Shown here: positions 8,486 to 17,270 of the stretch, in pieces
How the letters are laid out: each line of letters opens with the position of its first letter
Position numbering within the stretch: the first letter of the stretch is position 1
NCBI GenBank assembly: GCA_018815145.1
Contig: JAHIYL010000157.1
Span: 1 to 33,478, forward strand
Direction of reading: 5' to 3'
DNA from: Nanobdellota archaeon
GTDB taxonomy: Archaea > Nanobdellota > Nanobdellia > Woesearchaeales > GW2011-AR15
Length of the DNA stretch: 33,478 nucleotides
Translations under genes and position numbers: made by a program
The notes under the pieces: model-generated
The model's input: only the letters and a program-made list of their open reading frames with translations
Told to the model about the DNA's origin: nothing
Databases searched by the model: none

Positions 8486-8509
8486 GAAAAACGCAAAAGT
8501 TTAGATTAG
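8486..8509. repeat. Right terminal inverted repeat (8486-8504) plus target-site duplication ATTAG (8505-8509)
   Basis: gaaaaacgcaaaagtttag is followed by attag. I read both directly from the sequence. Confidence 0.88.
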
Positions 8510-8549
8510 GAAAGATTTAAATATTCTCATAAATGAAAGAAGAAGTATC

Positions 8550-9503
8550 ATGAAGACAATACTTGTGACCGGTGCCGCAGGCTTCATCGGAAGCAGCACC
8601 TGCGAAAAACTGATTAAAAAAAAATACATAGTGGTTGGTGTCGACAACCTGAATGACTACTACTCTCCGAAGGTCAAACTCAGAAATGTAAACGAGATCA
8701 AGAAGGATCCAAAATTCAGACTCTACCAGACTGACATAAGAGACTTTAATGGGATAGAAAAAATTTTTGCTCAAAACAAGATCGACAAGGTGATCCATCT
8801 TGCTGCAAGGGCAGGGGTGCGTCCCTCGCTCGAGCAGCCGCGCCTATATTTTGATGTCAATGTCAATGGGACACTGATTCTGCTTGAACTGGCAAAGGAA
8901 TTCAAGGTGAAAAATTTTGTGTTTGCATCTTCATCAAGTGTCTATGGAGAGAACAAAAAAGTGCCATTTTCTGAAGAGGATTTGACAGAAGATCAGATAA
9001 GTCCATACGCATCTTCAAAAAAATCAGGCGAACTCATATGCAGGACATACAGCCATCTCTTCAATATGAATGTTTCCTGCCTGCGTTTTTTTACTGTCTA
9101 TGGTCCAAGAGGACGACCTGATATGGCTCCCTTCATATTCACTGACCTAATATCAAAGGGAAGAACAATCGATATGTATGGTGACGGCACCTCAAAACGT
9201 GATTATACCTATATAGATGATATCACTGATGGTATCATAGGCGCTCTTGAAAAGGATTTCCGGTTTGAGATTTTCAACCTTGGTAATTCTGATCCTATAC
9301 CTTTAAAAAATTTCATTTCCATCATTGAAAAAAATCTGGGGAAAAAAGCAAAAATAAAAAAAAAACCTATGCAGCAGGGAGATGTTCTGATCACATACGC
9401 TGACATTGCAAAGGCTAAAAAGATGCTCGGATATAATCCAAAGACTGACATTGAGCAAGGTATGAAAAAATTCATCGAGTGGTACAAGAAAAATAATTCA
9501 TAG
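8550..9503 (+). CDS. NAD-dependent nucleotide-sugar epimerase, most like UDP-glucuronate 4-epimerase (extended SDR)
   Basis: The Rossmann motif is TGAAGFIGS. DNLNDYYSPKVKLRN is typical of the CapI/GAE group. The catalytic region is SSSSVYG...YASSKKSGE (YxxxK). Confidence 0.8.
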   Translation: MKTILVTGAAGFIGSSTCEKLIKKKYIVVGVDNLNDYYSPKVKLRNVNEIKKDPKFRLYQTDIRDFNGIEKIFAQNKIDKVIHLAARAGVRPSLEQPRLYFDVNVNGTLILLELAKEFKVKNFVFASSSSVYGENKKVPFSEEDLTEDQISPYASSKKSGELICRTYSHLFNMNVSCLRFFTVYGPRGRPDMAPFIFTDLISKGRTIDMYGDGTSKRDYTYIDDITDGIIGALEKDFRFEIFNLGNSDPIPLKNFISIIEKNLGKKAKIKKKPMQQGDVLITYADIAKAKKMLGYNPKTDIEQGMKKFIEWYKKNNS

Positions 9504-9511
9504 AATTTTTC

Positions 9512-10081
9512 CTATAGGAGAGATCTCACAAAAGTTCCGAATATTGAAAATACAACAATATTGAAGCAGAAATTTGTGCCTGTATAGGCTATGTTCTCAG
9601 TTATTCCAAGATTCAATATTTTCATGGACATTCCAAATAGGATAATATTATTCATTATTGTTATTATTATTCCCAGAGTGAAAGTATTTGCATATGGAAA
9701 AAATGATGCGGCAACTGCAGCTAAACAATATGTAAAGATCATCAGGAAATGATCTGCTAGCATGCCTCCTGAATAAAATGATGCTATAAGTTTTGTGGAT
9801 ACTGCTACAAAAAGTCCCCACTTCAGCCCAAAAGCCTGCGTTATGACAATTGTAGAAAATGTCGAGAGCTCTAGATCAGTCGGCATGCCTCTTTTGAACT
9901 GAAAGTCAACAAGCTTGGCATTGAAGACAATCGCCAAAGCGACAAATATCAGAATCTTTGGATTGATATAAAACGACGCGATGAACAAGATGACAAGACC
10001 CATTATGACCTTTTTCAAAATATCAATGGAAAAGAAACTTTTTCCCCGTGCTTTTTTTTTGGTGCTTAATCTTTTTTTCAT
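9512..10081 (-). CDS. Polytopic membrane protein of unknown function (about 5 TM helices)
   Basis: The listed start at 10084 is TTG and the ATG at 10081 gives MKKRLSTKKKARGK, followed by hydrophobic segments. I recognise no family motif. Confidence 0.55.
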   Translation of the reverse strand: MKKRLSTKKKARGKSFFSIDILKKVIMGLVILFIASFYINPKILIFVALAIVFNAKLVDFQFKRGMPTDLELSTFSTIVITQAFGLKWGLFVAVSTKLIASFYSGGMLADHFLMIFTYCLAAVAASFFPYANTFTLGIIITIMNNIILFGMSMKILNLGITENIAYTGTNFCFNIVVFSIFGTFVRSLL

Positions 10082-10167
10082 CAAACCAAGATTATATTTT
10101 TCTTTTATATAAATATTTGTCTTGAAATCAGTTAAAAATATATATTTTGATCATCTCTTCATTATCC

Positions 10168-11676
10168 ATGAAAAAATTGCATCCCATGTTTTGGGTAACG
10201 ATCATATTCCTTATATCTGTATCAATCAGATTAATCCTGACAATGCAGAGCAATTATTTCAGCGATGATTCTTCCTATTTCACATTGAGACAAGTCGAGC
10301 ACATAAGCAATACAGGACGACCTCTCATAGATGATGAACTCTCTTACAGCGGAAGAAGGTTCATCTTCCTGCCATTCTACCATTACATCCTGGCATTCTT
10401 TTCGATTTTCCTTCCTTCGTGGCTTGTGGGAAAAATTATATCTAATATTCTGGCAGCATCGATAATTTTTTCTGTATATCTCATCTCCTATCAGGTCACA
10501 AAGAGTCGGAAAGCATCGCTTTTTGCGGCAGTGATTTCAGCCTTTACTCCAATATATCTGTCAAATACAATCAACAGCCTCAATGTAAATTCACTCGCAT
10601 TACCAACCACTTTCTTCTTCCTGTATCATTATCTCATGCTGACCAAAAAAACCAATTCAATCAATTTCATCCTTGCGTTTCTTTTTGTACTTATATTCAG
10701 CACTTCTCTTTCCTCTTTTCTGATAGTCGGATTGATACTTTATTCACTGTTGTGCTATGCAGAAAAAATCAAGATAGATAAAAAAGAGACAGAACTGATT
10801 TTATTTTCAGTATTCTTTTTTCTATGGACAAATTTTATCATATATAAGAATGCATTCCAATCTCAGGGAATCAGTATCATATGGCAGAACATTCCTCAAT
10901 TCCTATTTGAAAAATATTTTGTTCATATCTCTCTTTTTGAAGCAATATTGGGCATAGGCCTTGTCCCTCTTGTTCTTGGAACATGGACAATATTCAATTA
11001 TCTGTTTAAAAAAAAGAGCCAATCAACATACCTTTTGATATCATTATGCATCTCGGGATTCATCCTTTCCTGGTTCAGGCTGATAAATTTCACTGATGCC
11101 TTAATGTATCTCTCAATCCTACTGGCATTACTCTCTTCAATTATAATCAGAGACAGCCTTCTTCTGATTCGGAAAACCAAATTTGCAAAGCAGGAAAAAC
11201 TCTTCCTGATCATGCTGTTTTTTCTCATCCTTCTGACAGGCATTATCCCTTCAATCCAATTTTCATATGACACGATAAAAGATTCACCAACTGAAACAGA
11301 CGTTAATGCTTTCACCTGGCTGAAGAACAACACTAAAGAAGATTCAATAATTTTGGCAACTATTGAAGAAGGGCATTATATATCGTATTTTGGAGACAGA
11401 AAGAATGTGCTTGATTCAAATTTTCTTTTGATCTCAAACATAGACTTAAGGATAAATGACACTGAAGAGATCTATACTACCCCCTATAAAATCAATGCAC
11501 TTACATTGCTTGAAAAATATGACGTAGATTACATCATTTTTAGTCAGCATGCAGAAAAAGAATACAATATTACCGGTATTTCATACGCCATGGATGATTG
11601 TTTCAGCAAAGTGTATAGCAAAACTCTGGATATTTTCAAAGTCAAATGCTCCCTGGAAAAAAATGAAAGAAAATGA
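10168..11676 (+). CDS. GT-C fold membrane glycosyltransferase, STT3/AglB-like or ArnT/PMT-like (paralogue 1)
   Basis: The listed start at 10147 is TTG and the ATG is at 10168. The protein is multi-TM. The first loop reads YFSDDSSYFTLRQVEHISNTG (GT-C acidic loop-1 motif). The C-terminal soluble region WLKNNTKEDSIILATIEEGHYISYFGDRKNVLDSNF...LLEKYDVDYIIFS follows the layout around the STT3 WWDYG region, but the WWDYG motif itself is absent. Confidence 0.6.
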   Translation: MKKLHPMFWVTIIFLISVSIRLILTMQSNYFSDDSSYFTLRQVEHISNTGRPLIDDELSYSGRRFIFLPFYHYILAFFSIFLPSWLVGKIISNILAASIIFSVYLISYQVTKSRKASLFAAVISAFTPIYLSNTINSLNVNSLALPTTFFFLYHYLMLTKKTNSINFILAFLFVLIFSTSLSSFLIVGLILYSLLCYAEKIKIDKKETELILFSVFFFLWTNFIIYKNAFQSQGISIIWQNIPQFLFEKYFVHISLFEAILGIGLVPLVLGTWTIFNYLFKKKSQSTYLLISLCISGFILSWFRLINFTDALMYLSILLALLSSIIIRDSLLLIRKTKFAKQEKLFLIMLFFLILLTGIIPSIQFSYDTIKDSPTETDVNAFTWLKNNTKEDSIILATIEEGHYISYFGDRKNVLDSNFLLISNIDLRINDTEEIYTTPYKINALTLLEKYDVDYIIFSQHAEKEYNITGISYAMDDCFSKVYSKTLDIFKVKCSLEKNERK

Positions 11677-13054
11677 ACTGAAACTCCTGACATTGCTGAT
11701 AATAGTAAATGTCCTGCTCTTAATAAGTCCACACATACTCAGGTATAAAGAAAACCCGTATCTTATGGGGTCATCATCTTATTTTCACATATGGGTATCC
11801 AAAAATATTGAGGGAAATGTTTTTTCTCCAATAGAAGACACTCTTTTTTTTGGAGGAAGAGAAATTGAAGTTTCCATATCAGAAATCATCCTTTCATTTT
11901 TCACTAATAAGGAGATGGTCATGAAGATTCTTCCTTTTGTTTTAGGCATCCTTTCCACACTGATTTTTTACCTGATATTAAGAAGGCTGAAGGTTCCAAA
12001 AATAAAAAGCTTCTTTACATGCCTGATACTGATCCTATCTCCAATTTACATCAATACCTTTTCAATTTACAACAATTTTTTCATTGCTGTATTTTTAGTC
12101 CTCTTATCAAGCTTTTTTCTTTTGAAAGAAAATTATTTTTTTGCCTTTTTGATGTTCATTCTGATCGTATTTATCCATCTCAACAGCATTTTTATTATCC
12201 TTATAATGCTATTGATTTTCTATTATAAAACAAAAGAAAAAAATTCAATGCTGTATTTTATTTTGGCTGCCCTTTTTTTTGCTTTTGCAGTCATTGTTGG
12301 CACTCTTACAAAAGAGGTTGGTTTTTCACCTTTACTGCAGAATATCATATCTGATTTTGGTGCAGATATTGGTTTTGGTATATTTTCATTATTACTATCT
12401 TCAATTGGAATTCTATTGTCATGGAAAAGAAAAAAGGAAAATTTGCTGTTGTATCTGATGCTATTGACATTTGCAATATTGACCATATATTCTATAGAAT
12501 TCATTATTTATCTGGAATATTTCATGGTATATTTTGCGGGAATTGCATTTGTGAAATTGCTGGATTATAAATGGCAGCTTGTTGCAATAAAGCAATATGC
12601 CATCCTTCTGATATTATGCGGATTGTTCTTTTCCAGTGGATCCTATATTAACCGATTGGTTCATCTTCAACCTACTCCGGAGGAAGTCCTGAGCCTGGAA
12701 TGGCTCAGCAAAAATTCAGCTGAATATGAGGTTGTACTGACACAATACAAAAATGGAAATCTGATAGTATCATTGGCCGGCCGGCCTGTGATAAGTGATG
12801 AATATTATTTTATATCATCAAAAGAAAAGATCCGGATTGAGGACTCTAATAGAATTTTTTACTCAAGAATACTTAAGGATACAAAAGAACTTTTGGACAA
12901 ATACAGCATAAGATACATCTGGATTAATCCACAAATGAAAAAAGAGATATGGAAAAAAGATGAAGAAGGTCTTCTTTTTCTCTTAGACAACAGCAATTCA
13001 TTCAAGAAGATTTATGATTTCAAAGGAATTGAAATCTGGAAATACACTGAATAA
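11663..13054 (+). CDS. GT-C fold membrane glycosyltransferase-like protein (paralogue 2, more degenerate)
   Basis: The probable start is the ATG at 11663 (MKENELKLLTLLII...), overlapping the upstream stop by 14 nt. The listed 11549 start would lie 128 nt inside the upstream gene. It is collinear with paralogue 1: GSSSYFHIWVSKNIEGN vs DDSSYFTLRQVEHISNTG, WLSKNSAEYEVVLTQYKNGNLIVSLAGRPVISDEY vs WLKNNTKEDSIILATIEEGHYISYFGDRKNVLDSNF, and LLDKYSIRYIWIN vs LLEKYDVDYIIFS. Confidence 0.55.
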   Translation: MKENELKLLTLLIIVNVLLLISPHILRYKENPYLMGSSSYFHIWVSKNIEGNVFSPIEDTLFFGGREIEVSISEIILSFFTNKEMVMKILPFVLGILSTLIFYLILRRLKVPKIKSFFTCLILILSPIYINTFSIYNNFFIAVFLVLLSSFFLLKENYFFAFLMFILIVFIHLNSIFIILIMLLIFYYKTKEKNSMLYFILAALFFAFAVIVGTLTKEVGFSPLLQNIISDFGADIGFGIFSLLLSSIGILLSWKRKKENLLLYLMLLTFAILTIYSIEFIIYLEYFMVYFAGIAFVKLLDYKWQLVAIKQYAILLILCGLFFSSGSYINRLVHLQPTPEEVLSLEWLSKNSAEYEVVLTQYKNGNLIVSLAGRPVISDEYYFISSKEKIRIEDSNRIFYSRILKDTKELLDKYSIRYIWINPQMKKEIWKKDEEGLLFLLDNSNSFKKIYDFKGIEIWKYTE

Positions 13055-13059
13055 TATCT

Positions 13060-14187
13060 TTATTTCCCAATTTTCTTATTAAACTCATGAATGATATCCT
13101 CAACAATCCTGGAAGTAGAATCATGTTTTGAAAATAAACTCATGTTTGCTCTAAAGAAGTATCTTAATTTTTTTTCATTGATAAGATTTGATATTCTTTT
13201 CAGTATCTTACTGTGTGAATTCTCATAGTATCCCAACTTATGCTTAAGTATGAAGTTTACATTCGCATCCTCTTGCCCGCCAAGTGATTTAAATGCAAAG
13301 ATAGGAAGTCTTTTGGAAAAACATTCTGAAACTGCTACACCTCCTGGTTTTCCCAAAAATATATCTGATGCATCCATAAGCTGCGCGACCTCTTCAGTAT
13401 AATCCAATATATGCACAGGGTTTCTTGATTTTTTGATCTTTTTCCTTAAATAATTACCAAGCTTCCTGTTTGTACCGCAGAGGACAATCAATTGTATAGG
13501 AAGATCTGCATCTGATAATTTTATCACCAGTTTTTCAGTGAATTTTTGTGCAAAACCCAGTCCTCCTCTCATCATAATGATATTGAATTTTGAAGGATGC
13601 ATACAAAACCTTTCTAAAGTTTTATCTCTGTCGAAATGGGTATTGAATTCTTTTCTCAAAGGAAGACCATAGCTTTTTGCTGTTGCTCTTTTGAGGGTTT
13701 TTTTTATTTCATTATTAAAGGATTCATGCGGAGTATAGAATATATCTGTTCCTGCAATCAGGTCAAATGGTCTGTTTATGTAGTCTGTCAATATCTGTAC
13801 ATTCAACAAAAAAGGATTTTTTTTTCTGAGTGCATTTCCAACTATGGCTCCGGCGGGAAAGGTAGAGACGACAACATCTACTTTTTGATTTCCAAGCGGG
13901 CCTATGATTTTTTTCTGGTACTTTTTGGAATTTTTTATTACATATCTATTGAAGGATTCTGAAAATAAAAGATGTTTGCTGATGGGGTCATAGATCAATT
14001 TAAAATAATGAGCCATAAAAACCCACCACCTTGTCAGGAGCCACCTATGGAATGGATGAAGATAATCATTGATATCAATGCTGTGAATCTCAATAGCTGA
14101 ATCTTTTTTCAGGAATCCTTTTCTGAGAGAGTCAGCAACCTGGGTATGGCCTGAGCCTGAAGAACATGATATTATTGCAACTCTCAT
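13060..14187 (-). CDS. GT28-type glycolipid glycosyltransferase (MGDG synthase/UgtP-like)
   Basis: The N-terminus is MRVAIISCSSGSGHTQVADSL. The C-terminal region is GKPGGVAVSECFSKRLPIFAF..LGGQEDANVNFI. Both are characteristic of the MGDG_synth/Glyco_tran_28_C architecture. Confidence 0.75.
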   Translation of the reverse strand: MRVAIISCSSGSGHTQVADSLRKGFLKKDSAIEIHSIDINDYLHPFHRWLLTRWWVFMAHYFKLIYDPISKHLLFSESFNRYVIKNSKKYQKKIIGPLGNQKVDVVVSTFPAGAIVGNALRKKNPFLLNVQILTDYINRPFDLIAGTDIFYTPHESFNNEIKKTLKRATAKSYGLPLRKEFNTHFDRDKTLERFCMHPSKFNIIMMRGGLGFAQKFTEKLVIKLSDADLPIQLIVLCGTNRKLGNYLRKKIKKSRNPVHILDYTEEVAQLMDASDIFLGKPGGVAVSECFSKRLPIFAFKSLGGQEDANVNFILKHKLGYYENSHSKILKRISNLINEKKLRYFFRANMSLFSKHDSTSRIVEDIIHEFNKKIGK

Positions 14188-14202
14188 TTGATTTGTAATG
14201 GC

Positions 14203-14679
14203 TCAATTGGACCTGTAGGAACTGACTCCTTCTAAAAATAAAAATATTGACCAGATTATAAGAGATGGCACAAACACCGGGAACCATGAAAAAAGAATCA
14301 GTGGTGTCAAAGCATAAAAGAGTATCTTCAACAAATCATAATATTTAATTTTTCTGAACATTGGGTTCAGGATAATACTCAAAAAGAAAACAATGAATGT
14401 GCCTGCGAACAGATAAAAAAAGAACATTGCAAAACCTATTCCAAAACCATAATTAAGTACATTCAGATAATTAATCTCAACATTACTGAAGATGTCAAAG
14501 TATATTGATTTAATGAATCCAAATACAACATTCACTCCAAAAGCCAGACCAGCACAAATCAGGAGAAGTATCATATAGTCTCCTAAAATATCCTCAAAAC
14601 TTTTGCTTTTCATATCTTTGAATGAGCTTTTTGGATCTGACAATACCATGATTGCTCTTTTTATCCTTTTTTTTATCAT
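14203..14679 (-). CDS. Yip1-domain-like small polytopic membrane protein
   Basis: 158 aa. The N-terminal cytosolic stretch VLSDPKSSFKDMK is followed by 4-5 TM helices. The family assignment rests on topology and N-terminal similarity only. Confidence 0.45.
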   Translation of the reverse strand: MIKKRIKRAIMVLSDPKSSFKDMKSKSFEDILGDYMILLLICAGLAFGVNVVFGFIKSIYFDIFSNVEINYLNVLNYGFGIGFAMFFFYLFAGTFIVFFLSIILNPMFRKIKYYDLLKILFYALTPLILFSWFPVFVPSLIIWSIFLFLEGVSSYRSN

Positions 14680-14756
14680 CTTATAATCCTTCCCTAATTT
14701 TTAATGCAATATAAATTTTTTCATTAAAAAAACCTACTCAAACAACCACAATTGGT

Positions 14757-16007
14757 CTAAATCTGCTTTTCCCATTTATTTTCCTTATGCGGAACAAGAA
14801 ATTCAAATAGGCTGACTATATATATGATCATTACAAAAAACCAGAACGGAAACATGAAAAATAAGGCGATTGCATGATAAAAATCAAATTTTTTATCAAA
14901 TTTAAATATTGAATAAAAATACAATGGATATGACAAAAGTGTTGAAATAAGTCCTATCATTGTCAAAAGATCCAGCGGTGTCGTACCAATAACTATTGTG
15001 TATATCCACCTTACTACACCCATGATCGAGAACCAGTTGAAAAAGAACTTGACTACTTCAAAACTAAAAATTACACCATTGTTTACAAAGTAAGTGAAAT
15101 ACCCGCCAAATATCTGTATTGAAATAAATGCACCCAGGATTATTGCCTGCAGATAAGAAAAAACAGCCAGTGGAAGAGAGTAAAGCTCAAGTATGGACAT
15201 CCTGACTCTAAGATGACGCTTAAGAATATTTATCCATCCCCTGGCAAACCTTATCCTCTGAAATATAACTCCTTTAAGTGTCTGGGGCATGTTTGTAAGT
15301 GACACACTGTTTTCCGAGTATTCTATCCTCTGTCCATTCCTGATTATTCTGACCGCAATATCAACATCTTCAGAAAATCCCTTAGATTCAAATCCACCTA
15401 TGTCCTCAAGAGTCTTTTTTCTGTAGAACGAAAGCGGTCCTGGTGTGACAATATTTGCATTAATCCTGCATAAAAGAGATCTAAGGAGTGAATTATATAG
15501 CTGTTCAATATGAAGCCATATCCCAAAAAAAGTCTTTCTGTTGTTGAGCTTGATTGTTGTGGTGACGGCACCGACATCAGGATAATTGAAATATCTAAGT
15601 GCATTGATAAGAGAATTCTTTTCAATCACACTGTCTGCATCAACCACTGCTATTATGTCTCCTTTTGCTTTTTTCAGGGCAAAGTTCAGTGCCCTAGCCT
15701 TACCAAAATGCTGAGTCTTGAATAATCTTACTGGAAACCCCTCTGCTATCCTATTTGTTGAGTCGCTGCTCCCATCATCTATGACAATTATTTCCTTTTT
15801 TCCTGGAAAATTTGACCTTATGATTGATCTGAGAGTCTCTGCCAGATACTTTTCTTCATTATGAGCCGGCACAAGGATTGAGATTAATGACGGCAATTTT
15901 CCTTTTTTTGGCACTCTTTTCCTGATGAAAAAAAGTACATAATATGAAAGGATTATCAATAGAAACAATACTTTGACTATGTTTGCCAGCTCTTCCAAAA
16001 GAACCAT
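14757..16007 (-). CDS. Integral-membrane GT2 glycosyltransferase, processive-synthase-like (PgaC/NodC/HAS-like)
   Basis: Motifs are ILVPAHNEE, IIVIDDGSSD, AVVDADS, FSEDVDIAVR (TED-like) and FQRIRFARGW (QRxRW with W->F). There is an N-terminal TM helix and a C-terminal TM bundle. Confidence 0.8.
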   Translation of the reverse strand: MVLLEELANIVKVLFLLIILSYYVLFFIRKRVPKKGKLPSLISILVPAHNEEKYLAETLRSIIRSNFPGKKEIIVIDDGSSDSTNRIAEGFPVRLFKTQHFGKARALNFALKKAKGDIIAVVDADSVIEKNSLINALRYFNYPDVGAVTTTIKLNNRKTFFGIWLHIEQLYNSLLRSLLCRINANIVTPGPLSFYRKKTLEDIGGFESKGFSEDVDIAVRIIRNGQRIEYSENSVSLTNMPQTLKGVIFQRIRFARGWINILKRHLRVRMSILELYSLPLAVFSYLQAIILGAFISIQIFGGYFTYFVNNGVIFSFEVVKFFFNWFSIMGVVRWIYTIVIGTTPLDLLTMIGLISTLLSYPLYFYSIFKFDKKFDFYHAIALFFMFPFWFFVMIIYIVSLFEFLVPHKENKWEKQI

Positions 16008-16017
16008 TTTTCAAATT

Positions 16018-17253
16018 TTACTTTGCTCTCTCAGTCTTTGGTGTGCAGTACCAATAAGAATTGAAGTTCAATGCTGCCTTTGTTACTGCAACAGTATTTG
16101 CAATAGCTAGGACTATTGATAAAGTAAATCCTGTAAGCAGAAGATATGGGAATTCTTTAAGGATCTTCAGCCTATAGAAAGTTATCAACCCCATTATTGA
16201 GAAGCCTGCCGTGAACAGGAACTTAGTGAAAAATCCTGCAAAGTCGCTTATTTTCATCAATTGCGGATCACCAAGGAACCATCCTGCAAAACCAAACAAT
16301 GTCATTATTATCACAATAGGAGCAGTGAGATTTCCAAGGGTTATGAAACTTATCATTATTCTCTGTTTAAATGATAAGGCCCTGCTGAACAATATATTCT
16401 TTGCATTATCAAAGAACACCCTTGTGTTGCCATAGCTCCATCTCATCTGCTGTTTTATGAAGGCTTCCATTGTCCATGGAACTTCACTGGGAGTGTCCAT
16501 TGGAAGGTATTTTGTCTTATAACCTTTCAGAAGCAGCCTTACTGATAGATCAGAATCTTCTGTGATACTGTTCGTGTTCCAGCCTCCTACATCAAGCATG
16601 GCACTCTTCCTGATCGCTCCTGCTGTGCCGCAGAAAAAGACACTGTTTATCTTATTATTGATCGGCATGAATATTGAATGATATATCATTAAAAGATAGG
16701 AAGCAAATCTTGTAATAAGATTAGTGTCTTTATTTATGAATCCCTGCCTTGTCTGTACAATGGCAATTTTCGGATCAGCAAATGGTCTGACTACCTTTTT
16801 CAGGAAATTCTTCCTTGGTACCCAGTCAGAATCAAAAATGACAATTATTTCACCCCTGACTTTATGCATAACTTCCTTGAGTGCACCGGGTTTGAATCCC
16901 TTTCTGTTTGTCCTGTGAAAATATCTAATCAATCCATTGCTTTTTTGTGCAAATTCGTTTAGGTTTGATGCAATTAAAGGATCTGTTGAATCATCCACGA
17001 TCATTATCTCATATCTGTCTTTTGGGTAATCAAACTCCATACAGGCTTTTACACATCTTTCTGCAATAGAATCATTGAAGACCGGAATCTGCACACTTAC
17101 ATAAGGCAAAACCTTAAGTTTCGCATGGCTCTCTTCTTCTTCACCAATAAATATGTTCACTATTGATACCAATAAAAAAAATACTGAAGCAAAAATTATT
17201 GGAATGAGCGTCAGATTATATACAAATATCGTGATTTCCTGTGCTGTCATCAT
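16018..17253 (-). CDS. Integral-membrane GT2 glycosyltransferase with the canonical D,D,D,QxxRW processive beta-glycan synthase signature
   Basis: Motifs are VQIPVFNDS, IMIVDDSTD, VIFDSDW, ITEDSDLSVR (TED) and KQQMRWSYGN (QxxRW). It is 411 aa with flanking TM helices, similar in size to NodC and class I hyaluronan synthases. Confidence 0.82.
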   Translation of the reverse strand: MMTAQEITIFVYNLTLIPIIFASVFFLLVSIVNIFIGEEEESHAKLKVLPYVSVQIPVFNDSIAERCVKACMEFDYPKDRYEIMIVDDSTDPLIASNLNEFAQKSNGLIRYFHRTNRKGFKPGALKEVMHKVRGEIIVIFDSDWVPRKNFLKKVVRPFADPKIAIVQTRQGFINKDTNLITRFASYLLMIYHSIFMPINNKINSVFFCGTAGAIRKSAMLDVGGWNTNSITEDSDLSVRLLLKGYKTKYLPMDTPSEVPWTMEAFIKQQMRWSYGNTRVFFDNAKNILFSRALSFKQRIMISFITLGNLTAPIVIIMTLFGFAGWFLGDPQLMKISDFAGFFTKFLFTAGFSIMGLITFYRLKILKEFPYLLLTGFTLSIVLAIANTVAVTKAALNFNSYWYCTPKTERAK

Positions 17254-17270
17254 TTTATTTCAAAATTTTC

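Larger units (their letters stand above)
7009..8504 (-). mobile_element. Intact insertion sequence (1496 bp), DDE transposase of IS4/IS701-like type plus a small AbrB-like ORF
   Basis: It is bounded by perfect 19-bp terminal inverted repeats and flanked by a 5-bp direct repeat, ATTAG. It carries two same-strand ORFs. Confidence 0.88.

Noticed and set aside
8517-8798. 93-aa minus-strand ORF overlapping the 5' part of the epimerase gene
   Set aside because: It is antisense to the Rossmann-fold N-terminus of a well-supported gene. It has no motif and no SD.
9340-9370. Long A/T homopolymer runs inside coding regions as possible slippage or phase-variation sites (for example A-runs at 1-11 and ~9355-9364, and a T-run at ~10051-10060)
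   Set aside because: They encode Lys- or Phe-rich stretches typical of AT-rich genomes, and all frames are intact. There is no evidence of variation from a single sequence.
11549-11662. N-terminal 38-codon extension of the second GT-C gene, giving a 128-nt overlap with the first
   Set aside because: The extension lies wholly inside the upstream gene's conserved C-terminal domain. The internal ATG at 11663 gives a typical short basic N-terminus followed by a TM helix and only a 14-nt overlap.
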